Assembly: GCA_047967505.1 (NCBI GenBank)
Contig: CM106538.1
DNA: 64,000 bases
Reading direction: 5' to 3' (one strand)
Origin: Dipteris shenzhenensis
Lineage: Eukaryota
Part shown: one piece after another, positions 35,301 to 46,173 of the stretch
Layout: each line of letters begins with the position of its first letter
How positions within the stretch are numbered: the first letter of the stretch is position 1
Notes under the pieces: model-generated
Databases searched by the model: none
The model's input: only the letters and a program-made list of their open reading frames with translations
Told to the model about the DNA's origin: nothing
Translations under genes and position numbers: made by a program

Positions 35301-35652
35301 AGTTAAGAAAAGTCCTTTCCATCTTAATCTTGTGGTGTGGCATACGGTGTTGGGTGCTTGTCAAAAGTGGGGTAATGTGGAGCTTGGAAGATTGGCCTTT
35401 GAACATGCAATGCTGTTGGATGAAAAGGATGCTGTAGCTTATGTGTTGATGTCTAACATCTATGCAGATGTTCATGTGCAAGAGAATGAGAAGAAGGTCG
35501 AAGCAATGAGAGTGAAGGAGCAAGCATGGAAGAAGCCAGGACAAAGTTGGTGGACTGACACTAGCAGGACTGTGCATTTTTTTTCGGTGGGAGAGACGAG
35601 ATATGCCCAAAGCACTAATATATATGCGAAGCTAGAAGACCCTGATATCTGA
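32380..35652 (+). CDS. PLS-class pentatricopeptide repeat protein, E+ type with PG/WW box and truncated DYW domain; putative organellar RNA-editing factor
   Basis: The frame is open from 32329 to 35652. Motif order: L-S, 7x(P1-L1-S1), P2-L2-S2, E1, E2, KKPGQSWW, then a stop 32 codons later. The start is uncertain: 32329 is GTG, in-frame ATGs lie at 32380 and 32467, and a possible splice acceptor CAG|GCAG lies at 32399-32405. Confidence 0.95.
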   Translation: MMMHIHTGRDPRLTFDSTAAKLCSPIVPQMRGKGYFHSSDLHPDLFAAQAGGLVEYDGKADFWSGAQVNASKTQELPEKSGWETLSLEEALTSMERMPQLPSLHNLTYVLNKCRSKKSLGYTKRLYAYMRKRGLEDHKYFGNRLVPMLIQVGSICDAQNVFNKLLDRNVYSWTSVIIGYIKCGESQHALNLYQKMQEDSVHPSKYTFTALLKACAQLKDILKGQEIHAEIARKGLEKEISVGSTLVDMYAKCDLLGDARDVFDKLPHRNEVSWTALIAGYADHGLGEVALNCFEQMQLEGLSPDAVTFVCSLKACGSINALDKGQQMHAEIARKGLERDLFVGSTLVDMYAKCGSPAKAQEAFDQLPVQNEVSWNALIAGYAEHGLGEEALNCFAQMQLKGLSPNAVTFVCSLKACGSIGDIDKGQELHAEIARKGLERDLFVSSTLVDMYAKCGCLGKAREVLDRLPVRDVVLWNALIAGHAEHGLGEEVLNCLEQMQLEGLSPDDVTFICSLKACGSRGAIDNGQEIHAKIARKGLERDLSVGNTLVDMYAKCGSLVEAREVFDKMPVRDVVSWTAIIAGYVEHGLGEEALNCYEQMQLEGVSPDRVIFVCSLKACSNIGDMDKDGEVQGLELHSEIARKGLERELFVGSTLVDMYSKCGSVAKALEVFDKLPDRDVVSWNTLIAGYADNGLGDEALSCFEQMQLEGLSPDAATFVCSLKACGSIGAIDKGRKIHAEIARKGLQRDLFVGSSLVDMYVKFGSLAKAGESFDKLPVRDVVSWNALISGYVEQGLDEEALNYFVQMQLDGLFPDAVTFVCSLKACGSIGAIDKGQEIHAEIIRKGQERDLFVGSTLVDMYAKCGALAKAQEAFDELPVRDVVSWNALIAGYAQLGESEYVFHILEIMRGEGIKPDGVTLSIVLSVCSHTGLADKGQKYFGAMSKDYGITPTVEHYTGMVDLLGRAGQLDEAVAIVKKSPFHLNLVVWHTVLGACQKWGNVELGRLAFEHAMLLDEKDAVAYVLMSNIYADVHVQENEKKVEAMRVKEQAWKKPGQSWWTDTSRTVHFFSVGETRYAQSTNIYAKLEDPDI

Positions 35653-36175
35653 AGTGGTGTAGCACATGGATAAAGAGAGATGTTAGAAACAGATAATTAT
35701 GAAGTTTGTTTCGTGCAAACTCTCTATATAAGTACATAGAACTTGCTGAGCTCATCACAATGGGTTTAGAATTGCTAGATTCTGACATCTGAGTAGGAAG
35801 TTTTGACAATATTATTTCTACTAGATGTGTTGCAAGGTGCTAAGGGGTGACACAGGTACACTTCCCAAGAAGCTACAAGGTGTTGAGATTTGAACATCAG
35901 GATGAGTAGAGGATGTGGATCTTGGTAGGATTTGGACTGGGTGATGCATTGCTTCCTCTCCTTGAGTTTTCCTACATGGTATCAAAGCCCCTTTTCTTGG
36001 ACTGAGGGTTGGGCTGATTTTTCTCTAAGTGAGATCTTTCGCTTCTGTGTGAGAGAGAAAGTTCAGATTTGGTTGGAACTTGTTGAGGAACTGTAGTACT
36101 TCATATTGCTTCAGGAACAAAGGGCAGACCGTTCTTTGCATTTGTGGAGTTCCCTTCATGCTGTGTGACAAAATG

Positions 36176-38640
36176 TATTGGAGTTATGTGCATCTCATAG
36201 TGAGTGAGGGCTTTTCTGTTGGTGCGCTTGCCCTTTTCAGGATAGGATTCCCTGTGGGTAGATGCCTTTTCCAAGGCTGTAGGGACGGCTACATGGCCCA
36301 TGTTGTGGCCAGGCCAATTTAGGGCCAAACCTTGGTCGAGTCAACCGCCATGCATTGAATCCACGACCTGTCTACAAACCTCCGTACGTTCTTACCACCA
36401 CGCCACACACACGCTTATGCACATAGGAGTCTTAATTATAAACATATGTTTATAGACAAGCTCCCTGCTGTGTCTGGCGCTGGAAAAGAGCTCCGGTGAT
36501 GGTTGGGCCCGCCGCTTCCGCTACGGACAAACCCGATACCCTGATATCTATCCTTATCCTGTTTCGCGGCTGTTTGGGACAACATCCAAAGGTAGGCAGC
36601 AAGGTGTAGCAGTCCTGTTTGACGGAGATCTACAGCAGGGCTTCAAAGAGGCTCTTTGTCGCTGTCTGGTACCAGAGGTTCACGGTGTGGACAGGGAAAG
36701 GGGCTTTGGTAATAAGGTGGCACAGGGTTGTTTCGGGCCATATCCCACCCACCCTTACCTGCATCGCGCATGGATGAAACCTTCGCCTTTCTCTTGTCCA
36801 GGATCGTATAGATCCATGTGAATACGAGGTTTATTGTTTATGCCAGGATCATCAGAAGGAATACGAGGTTCGGAATAGCATCATGGTTCCCCCATATACA
36901 AGTAAGGAGGACAAGCTCAAGGACACGAATTATGCCCATTTGAGTCTGACCATCAAAATATGGTTTATCCATAAAGGTTTGTGGGAGTTTTAGGGTTATG
37001 AATGGAAACCTGAGCGTCCTAAGAGCTTCATCAAATTAGGATGATGACCGGGAGGACGGTTTTCATGAGGAGCTCAAGGATTGGGAGGATCAGGATTTGA
37101 AGGCACATTAAGCTTTGGTCAGGACCACCAAGGAGGTTTCTCCGGCTGTCCAGACCTTGGAGAGTGCATTTGAGGTATGGTCTACACAAGAGGACCTCTA
37201 TGCTAGGGATTCGGCGGTGTGTTGTCACCTTGCAGGGACAGCTGTACAATCTTGAGTTCCCCAAGGGTAGTTCTATGCAACCTTTCTTGATGCAGGCCAA
37301 GATTCTCCATGATCAGTTATAAGCTATGGGTGTTGCCCTAACTATAAGGCAGTTTGCGTCGCTCATTCTCACCAAGCTCTCTCCAAATTACGACAGTTGC
37401 CCGAGCGTTGAGGTGCCAGGTCACCGCACATCAGTTAGATTTTGATAACCTAAGCTCCCTTTTCTTTGAAGAGTCTATTTTTGTCTCCCAGGGAAAGCTT
37501 AGGTTCACTCCAGGTGGCACTCTAGTTGCAGGTGAAGCACTTTCGCCTGTGCACAAGAAGAATTGGAGCACGTGTTCCAAAAGCGTTAAACGAGGGTATC
37601 TAGCAAAAGATTGTCGATCCATGAAGAAGTCTAATGACCAAGACTTAGTTAGACTCTTCCTAGTCTGGTGGTTTCAAGGCAACTGTTGCCAGGACTACCC
37701 CAGCCTTCTAGCACTAGTACCGGGTCCCCCCATGGGTCACAACCACATAGGGCTTGTGGGCGGGAGGATGGGCTGCTTCTGACCCTAATCAGTTGAAATT
37801 CTGGCAGGTAAGGTAACATTGTGGAGCTATGGACCAGATGAGTTCGAGGTTCATTGCTTGGTGGCACAGAGACTATGAACCTAGTGTGGACTGGCGTTTG
37901 AAGTTCAGAGTTCCTGCATGTGACGAGTTCAATGGAGGATATAGGTCGTGGTAGGTACCACAGATCATTATACCCCCCTGGGAACTCAGTGCGAATGCCT
38001 TGGGAAATCACATTTGAGGATGATTCCTTCTCAGTTCAAGGTGGCTTTTTGGTTCGAGGATCCAAGTTGTTTGGTGAATCTAGTATGCTGATGCTGAAGG
38101 GTCCATGGCTGCATCTTCATTGACTTGTTTCTTCATATTAAATGCTCACTTTCAACTGCAGGGAGGGTATTGGAGTTATGTGCATCTTCATCGACTTGTT
38201 CTTCATATTAAATGCTCACTTTAAATTGCAAGCAGGGTATTGGAGTTATGTGCATCTCATAGTGAGTGAGGGCTTATTTGTGGATGTGCCCGCCTTGTTT
38301 AGTATAGCATTCCCTACGGGTAGGGGCCTTTTCCAAGGTTGTAGGGAGGGCTACATGCCCACGTTGTAGGGCCACCTGACCAGGCTAGTTTAGGACCAAA
38401 CCCTAGTTGGGTTAACTGACCTACAGGTCAGGTCAACCGGCCAGACTTGGTCGGTCGACTGAGGGTCTGCCACTTGGTAGGCCTCTATAAGGCCTTCCCT
38501 CGTCTCTTGGTCATCATTTCTTGTAGCATTTCATTCCACCTCATTTGGGTTGATTTCTTTGTTGTATATACAGTGCCATTGCCTCATCCACGTTGCCTCT
38601 CTCTCTCTCTCTCTCTCTCATATGCTTCCGCATTGTACCA
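36176..38640 (+). mobile_element. Nested copia-like element with gag but no pol
   Basis: A direct repeat TATTGGAGTTATGTGCATCTCATAGTGAGTGAGGGC... starts at 36176 and 38238. PBS-like TGGTACCAGAG at ~36667. Gag start MVPPYTSKEDKLKDTNYAHLSL...LWEF at ~36883, with a decayed zinc knuckle ~37570-37620. PPT AGGGAGGG at 38160, within a ~71-bp duplication. Confidence 0.65.
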
Positions 38641-39139
38641 TTCTCACAAAATGATCAAATGATTTTTACGTCAAAGAGCTGCCTCATACTTGCTTATCAT
38701 CGGCTATTTTTTGGCCGATTTTTGCCCAACTTTAGTTGATTCCTGCTACAAGGATAACATTGCCGTCCACAAAGTAATCTAAGAGTTGATTGCGAAAACC
38801 GGCTCTATCTTTGGCGATGCTTTGGTCTATCGCACTGTTACCTGTTGTAATAGTTACTGTGAGAGCTCTAGTTGGACTTACCAGGAGGCCCCCTTTTATG
38901 TTGCTCTGTTGGCGTTTTTTTTTCTAGGAGTTGCCAGAAGGTTTCTTCTCTGCTGTTCTTAACAGTATTTTGTTGGCCCTTGGGCCAGGCCAACAAAGGT
39001 GGAACCCGCGGAGAAGTACACATGCGAGAGCAGGTGCCACCCAAGCGGTTGGTGAACATGGAAGCACATCTTTGGCTTACTTTCCAAGAGGCGAGTGAAT
39101 AGCACAGGTTATGCTTTTTCTTTGAGTAATGCACTATCA

Positions 39140-40045
39140 ACATTTTAGAAGTTTATGGTAGAAACTCTCCGGGACTATCTGGCTGAGTTCATAGGCCATT
39201 TATTTGGATGATTTCTATGTACACTCTACAAATAAGGATCATCTCTACTTTCTAGAAAAGGTGTTTCAACATTTCAAGCAAGCAGGCATCTCATTGAATC
39301 CAGCTAAAAGTGTTTTCTATGTCCGAGTTGGTATTTTACTTCCTCTATCAATGATCACATTTCTTGAATGAGGTCATGCAATTGCTGAAGGATGAATTTA
39401 AGATTTTGCACACCGTCTCTACAATCTATTATGCCCGAGGCAATGGAGAAGCTAAATTTACAAAAAAAACTCTCAAGTTGATTTTAACCAAGACCGTGCA
39501 ATCTCATAAGAGTGATTGGGACACCAAGCTATATGATGCGTTATGGACATAGAACTACATTCAAAGTCACAATCAATTAACTCCCTTTAGGATGGCTTTT
39601 GGTTTAGAGTCTATGGTACCCTTTGAGTTTATTGTTCCCAGTCTCCGAGCGGCTGCTGAGCATCACTTAGATGCAATCAAGGGGCGATGGCATCAACTAG
39701 CCTACCTAGAAGTACTACGTCTCCAAGAAGCCGGTCATAAAAGGTGATTCAAAGGAGAGGGAAAGCACGGCATCTCCAAGCAGCAGCCTGGTCACAATAG
39801 GTGATGCAAAGGAAAAGGAAAGCATGTCATGACAAGCATATTGTGCCTAAACATTTGCAAAAGAGATGTCAGTGTTTCTATATAATGCCAAATTGGGACC
39901 CCTGGATACAGCTTTCAAACTTGGATGAAATGGGCCCTACAGGCTAACTGAAGTAGTTCCTAATGGGATAGTGCAGCTCGAGGATTTACAAGGAAGATTA
40001 TTTTTTGAGTTGTACAATGGGAGCAAAGTAAAGCCTTACCGATCA
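39140..40045 (+). pseudogene. Ty3/gypsy RT and integrase fragments (RNase H deleted)
   Basis: YLDDFYVHS...HLYFLEKVFQHFKQAGISLNPAKS, then STIYYARGNGEAK...DWDTKLYDALW, then GPYRLTEVVPNGIVQLEDLQG...NGSKVKPY. RT precedes integrase. Confidence 0.85.
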
Positions 40046-41868
40046 ACAGGTTTCTTAGTAAAATGAGGCTCGTATACAGTCATTCGGCTGATTGTGACTT
40101 GGTTGGACTAGCAAGCATTGCAGCAAGCTATTTGGTTATAGTGGATGGGGCAACTCATACGTAGACACATGGCAGTTCAACAATTGCAAATTTGGCTAAT
40201 TATTCCAAAGATAGGGGTGGTTTGCTAAATCATGCAGGTATTAAGGGGATAAGACGTCCATCTTTAGCCGTTATTCATCGTCTACACTACACTTAGGACA
40301 TTCACCTTCTTTTTCACTTACAATTGCATTCGCTTCCTACTCTGTTGCTCTCTGCTTTACCTTTGTTTCTCCTCCCATCTCCCTCTGTGTTCCCTTGTCG
40401 TTGCTTCCACTTCCATCTTCATCCGTCTCCCTCTGCACCATCTTTCTTGTCATGAAGGAACGCACAACTTTCTCCCCCTCACCGATTAAGTTTTGGATGA
40501 GGCCCTTGCAGAAGAGATCCTGAACTCTTACAATGCAGAAGATCATAGTTCGCCTATCCACAGCACTGGTGGGGACCGTTTTCTGGTTGGTTACTTCGGC
40601 AACCCCAAGCGCACTGGCAAACAACGACAGGTGCAATGAGTACTATGAGGAGGAAAGTTACACATTGTCTCACAGGGTTAGCTGCTAAGAAAGTCCCTTA
40701 ATACTTTCTGTCATTTAATCTCCAAGTTCGTAGGCCTGAAGAAGAGCGTTAGATATGTGCTTCACCAGGACATCGCTCGGATGATCGCAGCTTACGCTAT
40801 AGAGGTAGATTGGCTGACTACCTTTTACAAAACATTTGAATCATAGCTTAAAGCTATTAGCTAGAGCCAAGCACATTGTAATCTCGGACCCCAACTTTGC
40901 ACGCTACTTCATAAGTTGGTTTTGAGAGAAGTGCACTAGCCAAACACCCTTCCCACACCTGGCACTAGAGCGGTTGTTTGTACATCAAGATGATTAAAGG
41001 ATGTGGATCAAAGGATGTGGATCTGGGATAGGATTTGGATTCGGTGATGGAGACTTAATAGTTTATAAATTACACGACACCTTGGGTGAATGGTGTGGAG
41101 CACACTGATATTTTCATTTTTTAAAGGATGATAGTTACTTTTCATTTTTTAAAGGATGATAGTTACTGTAGTCTCTTTATGCTTCAACTTATCCTTGTTT
41201 GTCCGATCTCCTCCATTCCCACATTTTGTATCATTGATCTCTCTTCTCTCCTTAAGTTTCCTACACAAGGTTGTAAAGAAAGCTACTTTACACGTCTCTA
41301 TGAGCGGTTAGAACACTTGTAAGGTCTAATAACTACTACAAATGCCATTATTTTATTTGAAATAGGGATCCTTCTCCCCTACGTATGGGGTAGTGGCTAG
41401 TGATGCTTCCCCAAAGGTGACCCTGCAGCCTGTGGATCTTTTCCCCTTGCACTTTGAGCACATTCTCTCCTCAAATGTCTCCCTTTCTCTCCATCTTTGA
41501 TGTTCTTTTTATATACTTTTACCTCCATGTCACAAAGAGTATTAGCATAGGCCCTCTGATGGTGGTGGGTGTTATCCCTACACTAGGCTTACCTACTTGT
41601 ATAGACCTCGTGAAATTCTCAACAAATCACAGGGACATTTACACCTTTACCCTAGTAGCTAAAGCATATGTTGGAACTATTGAATACTACTAAGTGCATA
41701 TAGTTTTGGTTGTCATTTATGTGCATTATGAAGGTGATTAGAGTAAGAGCTTGAGATTTGTGTAGAGAAAAGATAATTTTGATCTTGAGAAATTGAAACT
41801 TGAAAATAGTTGTGGAGAGTACTTTTTCTTTCCATCAAAATGATCATAACTCTTTAGAGGGAGCACCA

Positions 41869-42000
41869 TATTCTAAAAGTTATGGACATAGGAATGATGG
41901 GTAAGGGAGTAAAATGGCAAGAGGTCACATGGCGTATTCTAAAAGTTATGGACATAGGAATGATGGGTAAGGCAGTAAAATGGCAAGAGGTCACATGATG
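41869..42000. repeat. 66-bp tandem duplication
   Basis: TATTCTAAAAGTTATGGACATAGGAATGATGGGTAAGG.AGTAAAATGGCAAGAGGTCACATG occurs twice. Confidence 0.95.
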
Positions 42001-42249
42001 ATGATCTGGTAACCCAATCCAAGGGCCTAGCTTTCACCCTCAACAAACATTAAGGCATGGATTCATGATTCATTTTTCCACCTAAGCACACATCAAAAGA
42101 GAATCATGCCTCTCATTGGAGATTATCACCCCTAGGGAAAGGAAGAACTTTCATCTGTGAAGATGCATGGGTGCTGAATATGTTGAAAGCAAACAATGAA
42201 AAGCTAAAGAAAGAGATGGCTGTGCTACATATGAAAATCCAAGGGAAAC

Positions 42250-45200
42250 ATGAGGAGTTTTGTAAACAAATAGACAAAGGGTAGGCTTAAAGAATGGAAA
42301 GAAGTGGTCAGTAAGGGCAAAGCAGCCCCAACAAAGAAAGAGTTTAATTTTAATGCATTGGAGGAAGAGAAGAGAAGAAATAATAAAGCATTAAATGTTC
42401 TTATTAGGGGCCTCATAATTGGGAACACTGCAATGGTGGATGCTGAAGCTTTGATCACTAAGATGGGGGTCAATCTTACCTTCAAGGCAGCTTGGAGGGT
42501 AGGAAAGGATGATGCACCCACAAGACGTATGATTGTAAGATTTTAGACACTAGCAAACTAGTCTACCTTCATGAGTATTAGGGTAGCTCTGAAGGGGACT
42601 AGAACCTACTTGCATGATGATATCATGCTCTTATAGAAGGGAGGGGATGACTCTACTGATGGCTGCAAGGTAGGAAGGAAAATGAGCTGCACATCGAGAT
42701 GGTAAGGTAATCATTCAAGAAAGTTCAAAAAGAGGTCGTGGAGATACATATAGTACACAACAATGTCAGGCCTATGAGACAGAGACACAGGGAAGATTGA
42801 GTATGGCTGTTTGGAACTATAATGGCACCCATCTACGAGATACATGAGAACCTAGAGAGAGGGCTACCCACAGTGACAGATATACCTAGGAGTCAAGTTA
42901 TAGGGGAGAATTTGAGAAGAGATAGTGGGGTACGAGGTTTTGGAGGTGTAGTTGTCCTTTTCAAGACATACTTGAGACCTCTCATATCTGTGGTACCAAA
43001 AGAGAATCATGCACATCAGATGTGGATACGAGTCCAGTTGCTAGATGCCTGGTCAATCTTCATTGCAGCATGCTACATCCCCTAGGATATGTCATCATAT
43101 GCTCATGAGGTCACTACAGAGGGACACAGTCCATTTGAGATGATACATGATGATATCACAAAGTTCTCTAGGTAGGGAAACACCCTCCTCTTGGGAGACT
43201 TCAATGCAAGGGCTGGAGATAGACAAGTGGGCCTACTAGACTTCACATACAACATAGGTCCCCACATGATTCTGAAGCTAGATGCAGCAGAGCATGGGAT
43301 CCTGAGACATTCTGTAGATGCCTCATGTGACAGCATACGGGTGACATTTGCTTAAGCTGGGAGTAGTCCACAACCTCATCATCTACAATGGCCTCTCAAG
43401 GTGGCCATCATCTGGAGGGTTCATTTGTTTCCCACACAGCAGGGAGACAAACATAGTGGACTACCTATTGGGCCCACTAGATTTTTATTTGTGGATACAT
43501 GACCTCATAGTACCCCCTCCCCCATCAGAGATGACCATTCATATATGGCCTTTTGTATCTCTGCTATCACACCAGTCACAGGAGAGTTCCTACCATGCCT
43601 GCTCGTATTCAGATCCACTTTGATTGTGCCCTTGACCCAATATATGTGAGTCACTTAGCTAGAGAGATTCCAACCCTATTGGGAGATGATACAGACCTTG
43701 CCCATGCCTTAGACACCCCTGCCTTGGTAGTACAAGACACTACCAGTAGATTCTTCCTTATGACAACCCACGCGGGTCCAAGATGGGAAGATGCATCCAA
43801 ATCCTTGGTTTTGATGACGAGTGCAGAGATGCATGAGGCCACTTCACACAGGAGCAAGCCCTAGGTTAGTTGGCATCATCTGAGGCACAATAGATCTTCC
43901 AATGATTGACATGCCACAAGAGACGAGCCTTCCTCACACATAGGATGGATGAGATCATTAGATCATGTCAAAGAGGAGATCCAACCATTGGATCGAGGCT
44001 TCTTTCGGAAGGGAATCCTCCCATTCCCCCCACTGATCTAGGAGTGTGGCATACTTCTGTATGCTACTTATATGATGCTCCGATGCAGGAACCACCGGCG
44101 GACATGTCCGCTACGCCCAAGCCCACTACCTGTCACTTGTTCACTGCATAGAATGTTTGAGCTACACTGTGCCGGCTATATAACTGGAAAGAATAGGATC
44201 AGGAGGGCCTACAAACTTGGAATTTTACACATGGGCAAGAGGTATTAGCCCCAATTCTTGCATAGCTATTCAATCATGTTGTATGCCATGGTTTCCCCTG
44301 GCTTGGACCACCACCACTATTGTACCAATACATAAAGCACGGATACTAGTAACTATCGGACCCTTATGATTGGCCAAACATTGGCCAAGACTTATGGATC
44401 GGTATTAGAGAGGGAGATCAGTAGTGATACAGAGGCATGGGGGCAAGGGCACTAGGGCAAGCAGAATTCAAGAGACAACACTCTAAGGGTTATCATTGAG
44501 GAGGCAAGGTCCATACACTAGAAAGTCAACACCTGCTTCATAGAATTTCGAAAGTCCTTCAAAATTATCCCACGATCCCGCATGATCAGGAGACTATAGG
44601 AGATGCAGATTCTAGAGATGATGATTTGGGGTGTGATGAGCCTATATGAGTCAATTAGAGGCAAAGTTCGTGCCCCAGATGGGCTATCAGATTGGGTTGA
44701 GGGCACGATTGGGGTGAAGCAGGGTTGCCCCCTCTCATGGACTCTCTTTAGACTTTACACATGGACCGCCTAGAAGGCGAGGGATCATTACTGATGGACC
44801 TCAATATAGTTATTGCTATATGTTGATGACATAGTCCTCATATCATCTTCAACTAAGGGGTTGCAGAGACATCTACAGGCCCTAGAGGTGTTTTGCACAG
44901 AGAGAGACCTAACAGTGAACCCTAGGAAGACCAAGGTTATGGTTATGGTCTTCAACACCTCACATGGCCTGCCAACTCAGCTTTACCTATTGTGGCAAGC
45001 CAGTGGAGATAGCAGTCCTACACATTTTCACAAAGACCCATGCAACCTAGGCACACTTCTAGGATCCACTGACGAACGCCTGGCTTTTGGCTTGAGCAAT
45101 AGTGCTTCTAGGCACACTTCTAGGATCCACTGACGAATGCCTGGCTTTTCGATATGCTAGTGTGGCCAACTGCCATGTATGCAGAACCCTTCTAGGGATG

Positions 45201-45950
45201 CAACCTCCTGAAGATAGAGTGGAGGAAATTTGAGTGGCTACAAGGGATTATGGGGTCCAAGATTGATTCAATGTAAGCCCTAAGTCCCACACAAGATAGT
45301 ACATGTAGAGTTTGCCATAACACCTCTCTAGGTCGATGCCATCTTGTGACATTCATGCACAGAGTCTAGGACTTACCTCACTAGAGACTTTTGAGGTTGT
45401 CCTTGGAATCATCCAAATGACTAGTAGAGGGCGGGGCAGAGACATGGTATGCATGTATATCCACATGGCTTGCCAGGCACGATATCCACATGGCTTGCCA
45501 CATGGCTTGCCAAGCACGATATCCAGATGGATAGACTTCCCCCTTTTTAGTATAGCATGGATGCCCCTTGAGTTGATCCCACGATGAGTTCAACTGTATC
45601 ATATGGTTAGATCTCCTCTAGCTTCATACATCATGGACTTGGGGAGGGACCCAGAAGTGCCCCCCCAAGACCCAGTTCTATCGTGACCACTTCCTAAGAG
45701 TATCGGATGAGGGATTCATCATCAGGCCACAGTATCTTGAAGAGCGAGGAGTCTCATATGTATTGAGAATCGCATTGGATAGATGCAGGTTTTGTCCCAT
45801 AAATTGAAGATCAAGGCAAGGAGAGCTGCAAGTATACCCAAAGAGTAGAGAATATGCATGCTATGTACACTAGGGGCAGTTGAGACTGAGGAGAATTTTC
45901 TTTGTGCTTGCCTAGCCTACTATGAGATCCGGGGATGCTACCACTGTCTC
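42250..45950 (+). mobile_element. Degenerate LINE (ORF1 plus APE endonuclease-RT ORF2), interrupted by copia D
   Basis: ORF1-like NVLIRGL...AAWRVGK...MIVRF. Endonuclease motifs GFGGVVVL, IFIAACYIP, LLLGDFNAR and IVDYLL. RT motifs GVKQGCPLS and LLYVDDIVL. C-terminal RICMLC...VETEENFLCACLAYYEIRGCYHCL. Confidence 0.9.
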
Positions 45951-46173
45951 TGAGAGTGCTCTCAACGGAAGCAGAATGGAAGAGGGAGAGAGAGTAACAG
46001 AGAGCCGCACAAGTTTTTGGTGGGTGCAGGACACCCTAATCTTCTTTTTCATTGATTTATATATGTGTTTGAGTATTGTACATAACTAGGGTAAAGGCAC
46101 AGTGACCTTTAATCCCCACAACCTCCCACTTAAAGAACAATGTGCCTTTAAGGGAGAAAAACCAGTGAGCATA

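Larger units (their letters stand above)
35881..41265 (+). mobile_element. TSD-bounded composite LTR element (TSD CAAGG)
   Basis: CAAGG at 35876-35880 and 41266-41270. The 5' LTR 35881-35976 (internally deleted) is followed by PBS TGGTATCAAAGC. The 3' LTR ~40977-41265 shares ACATCA.GATG...AGGATGTGGATCT...TAGGATTTGGA and CTCTCCTT.AGTTT(T)CCTACA. Confidence 0.85.
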
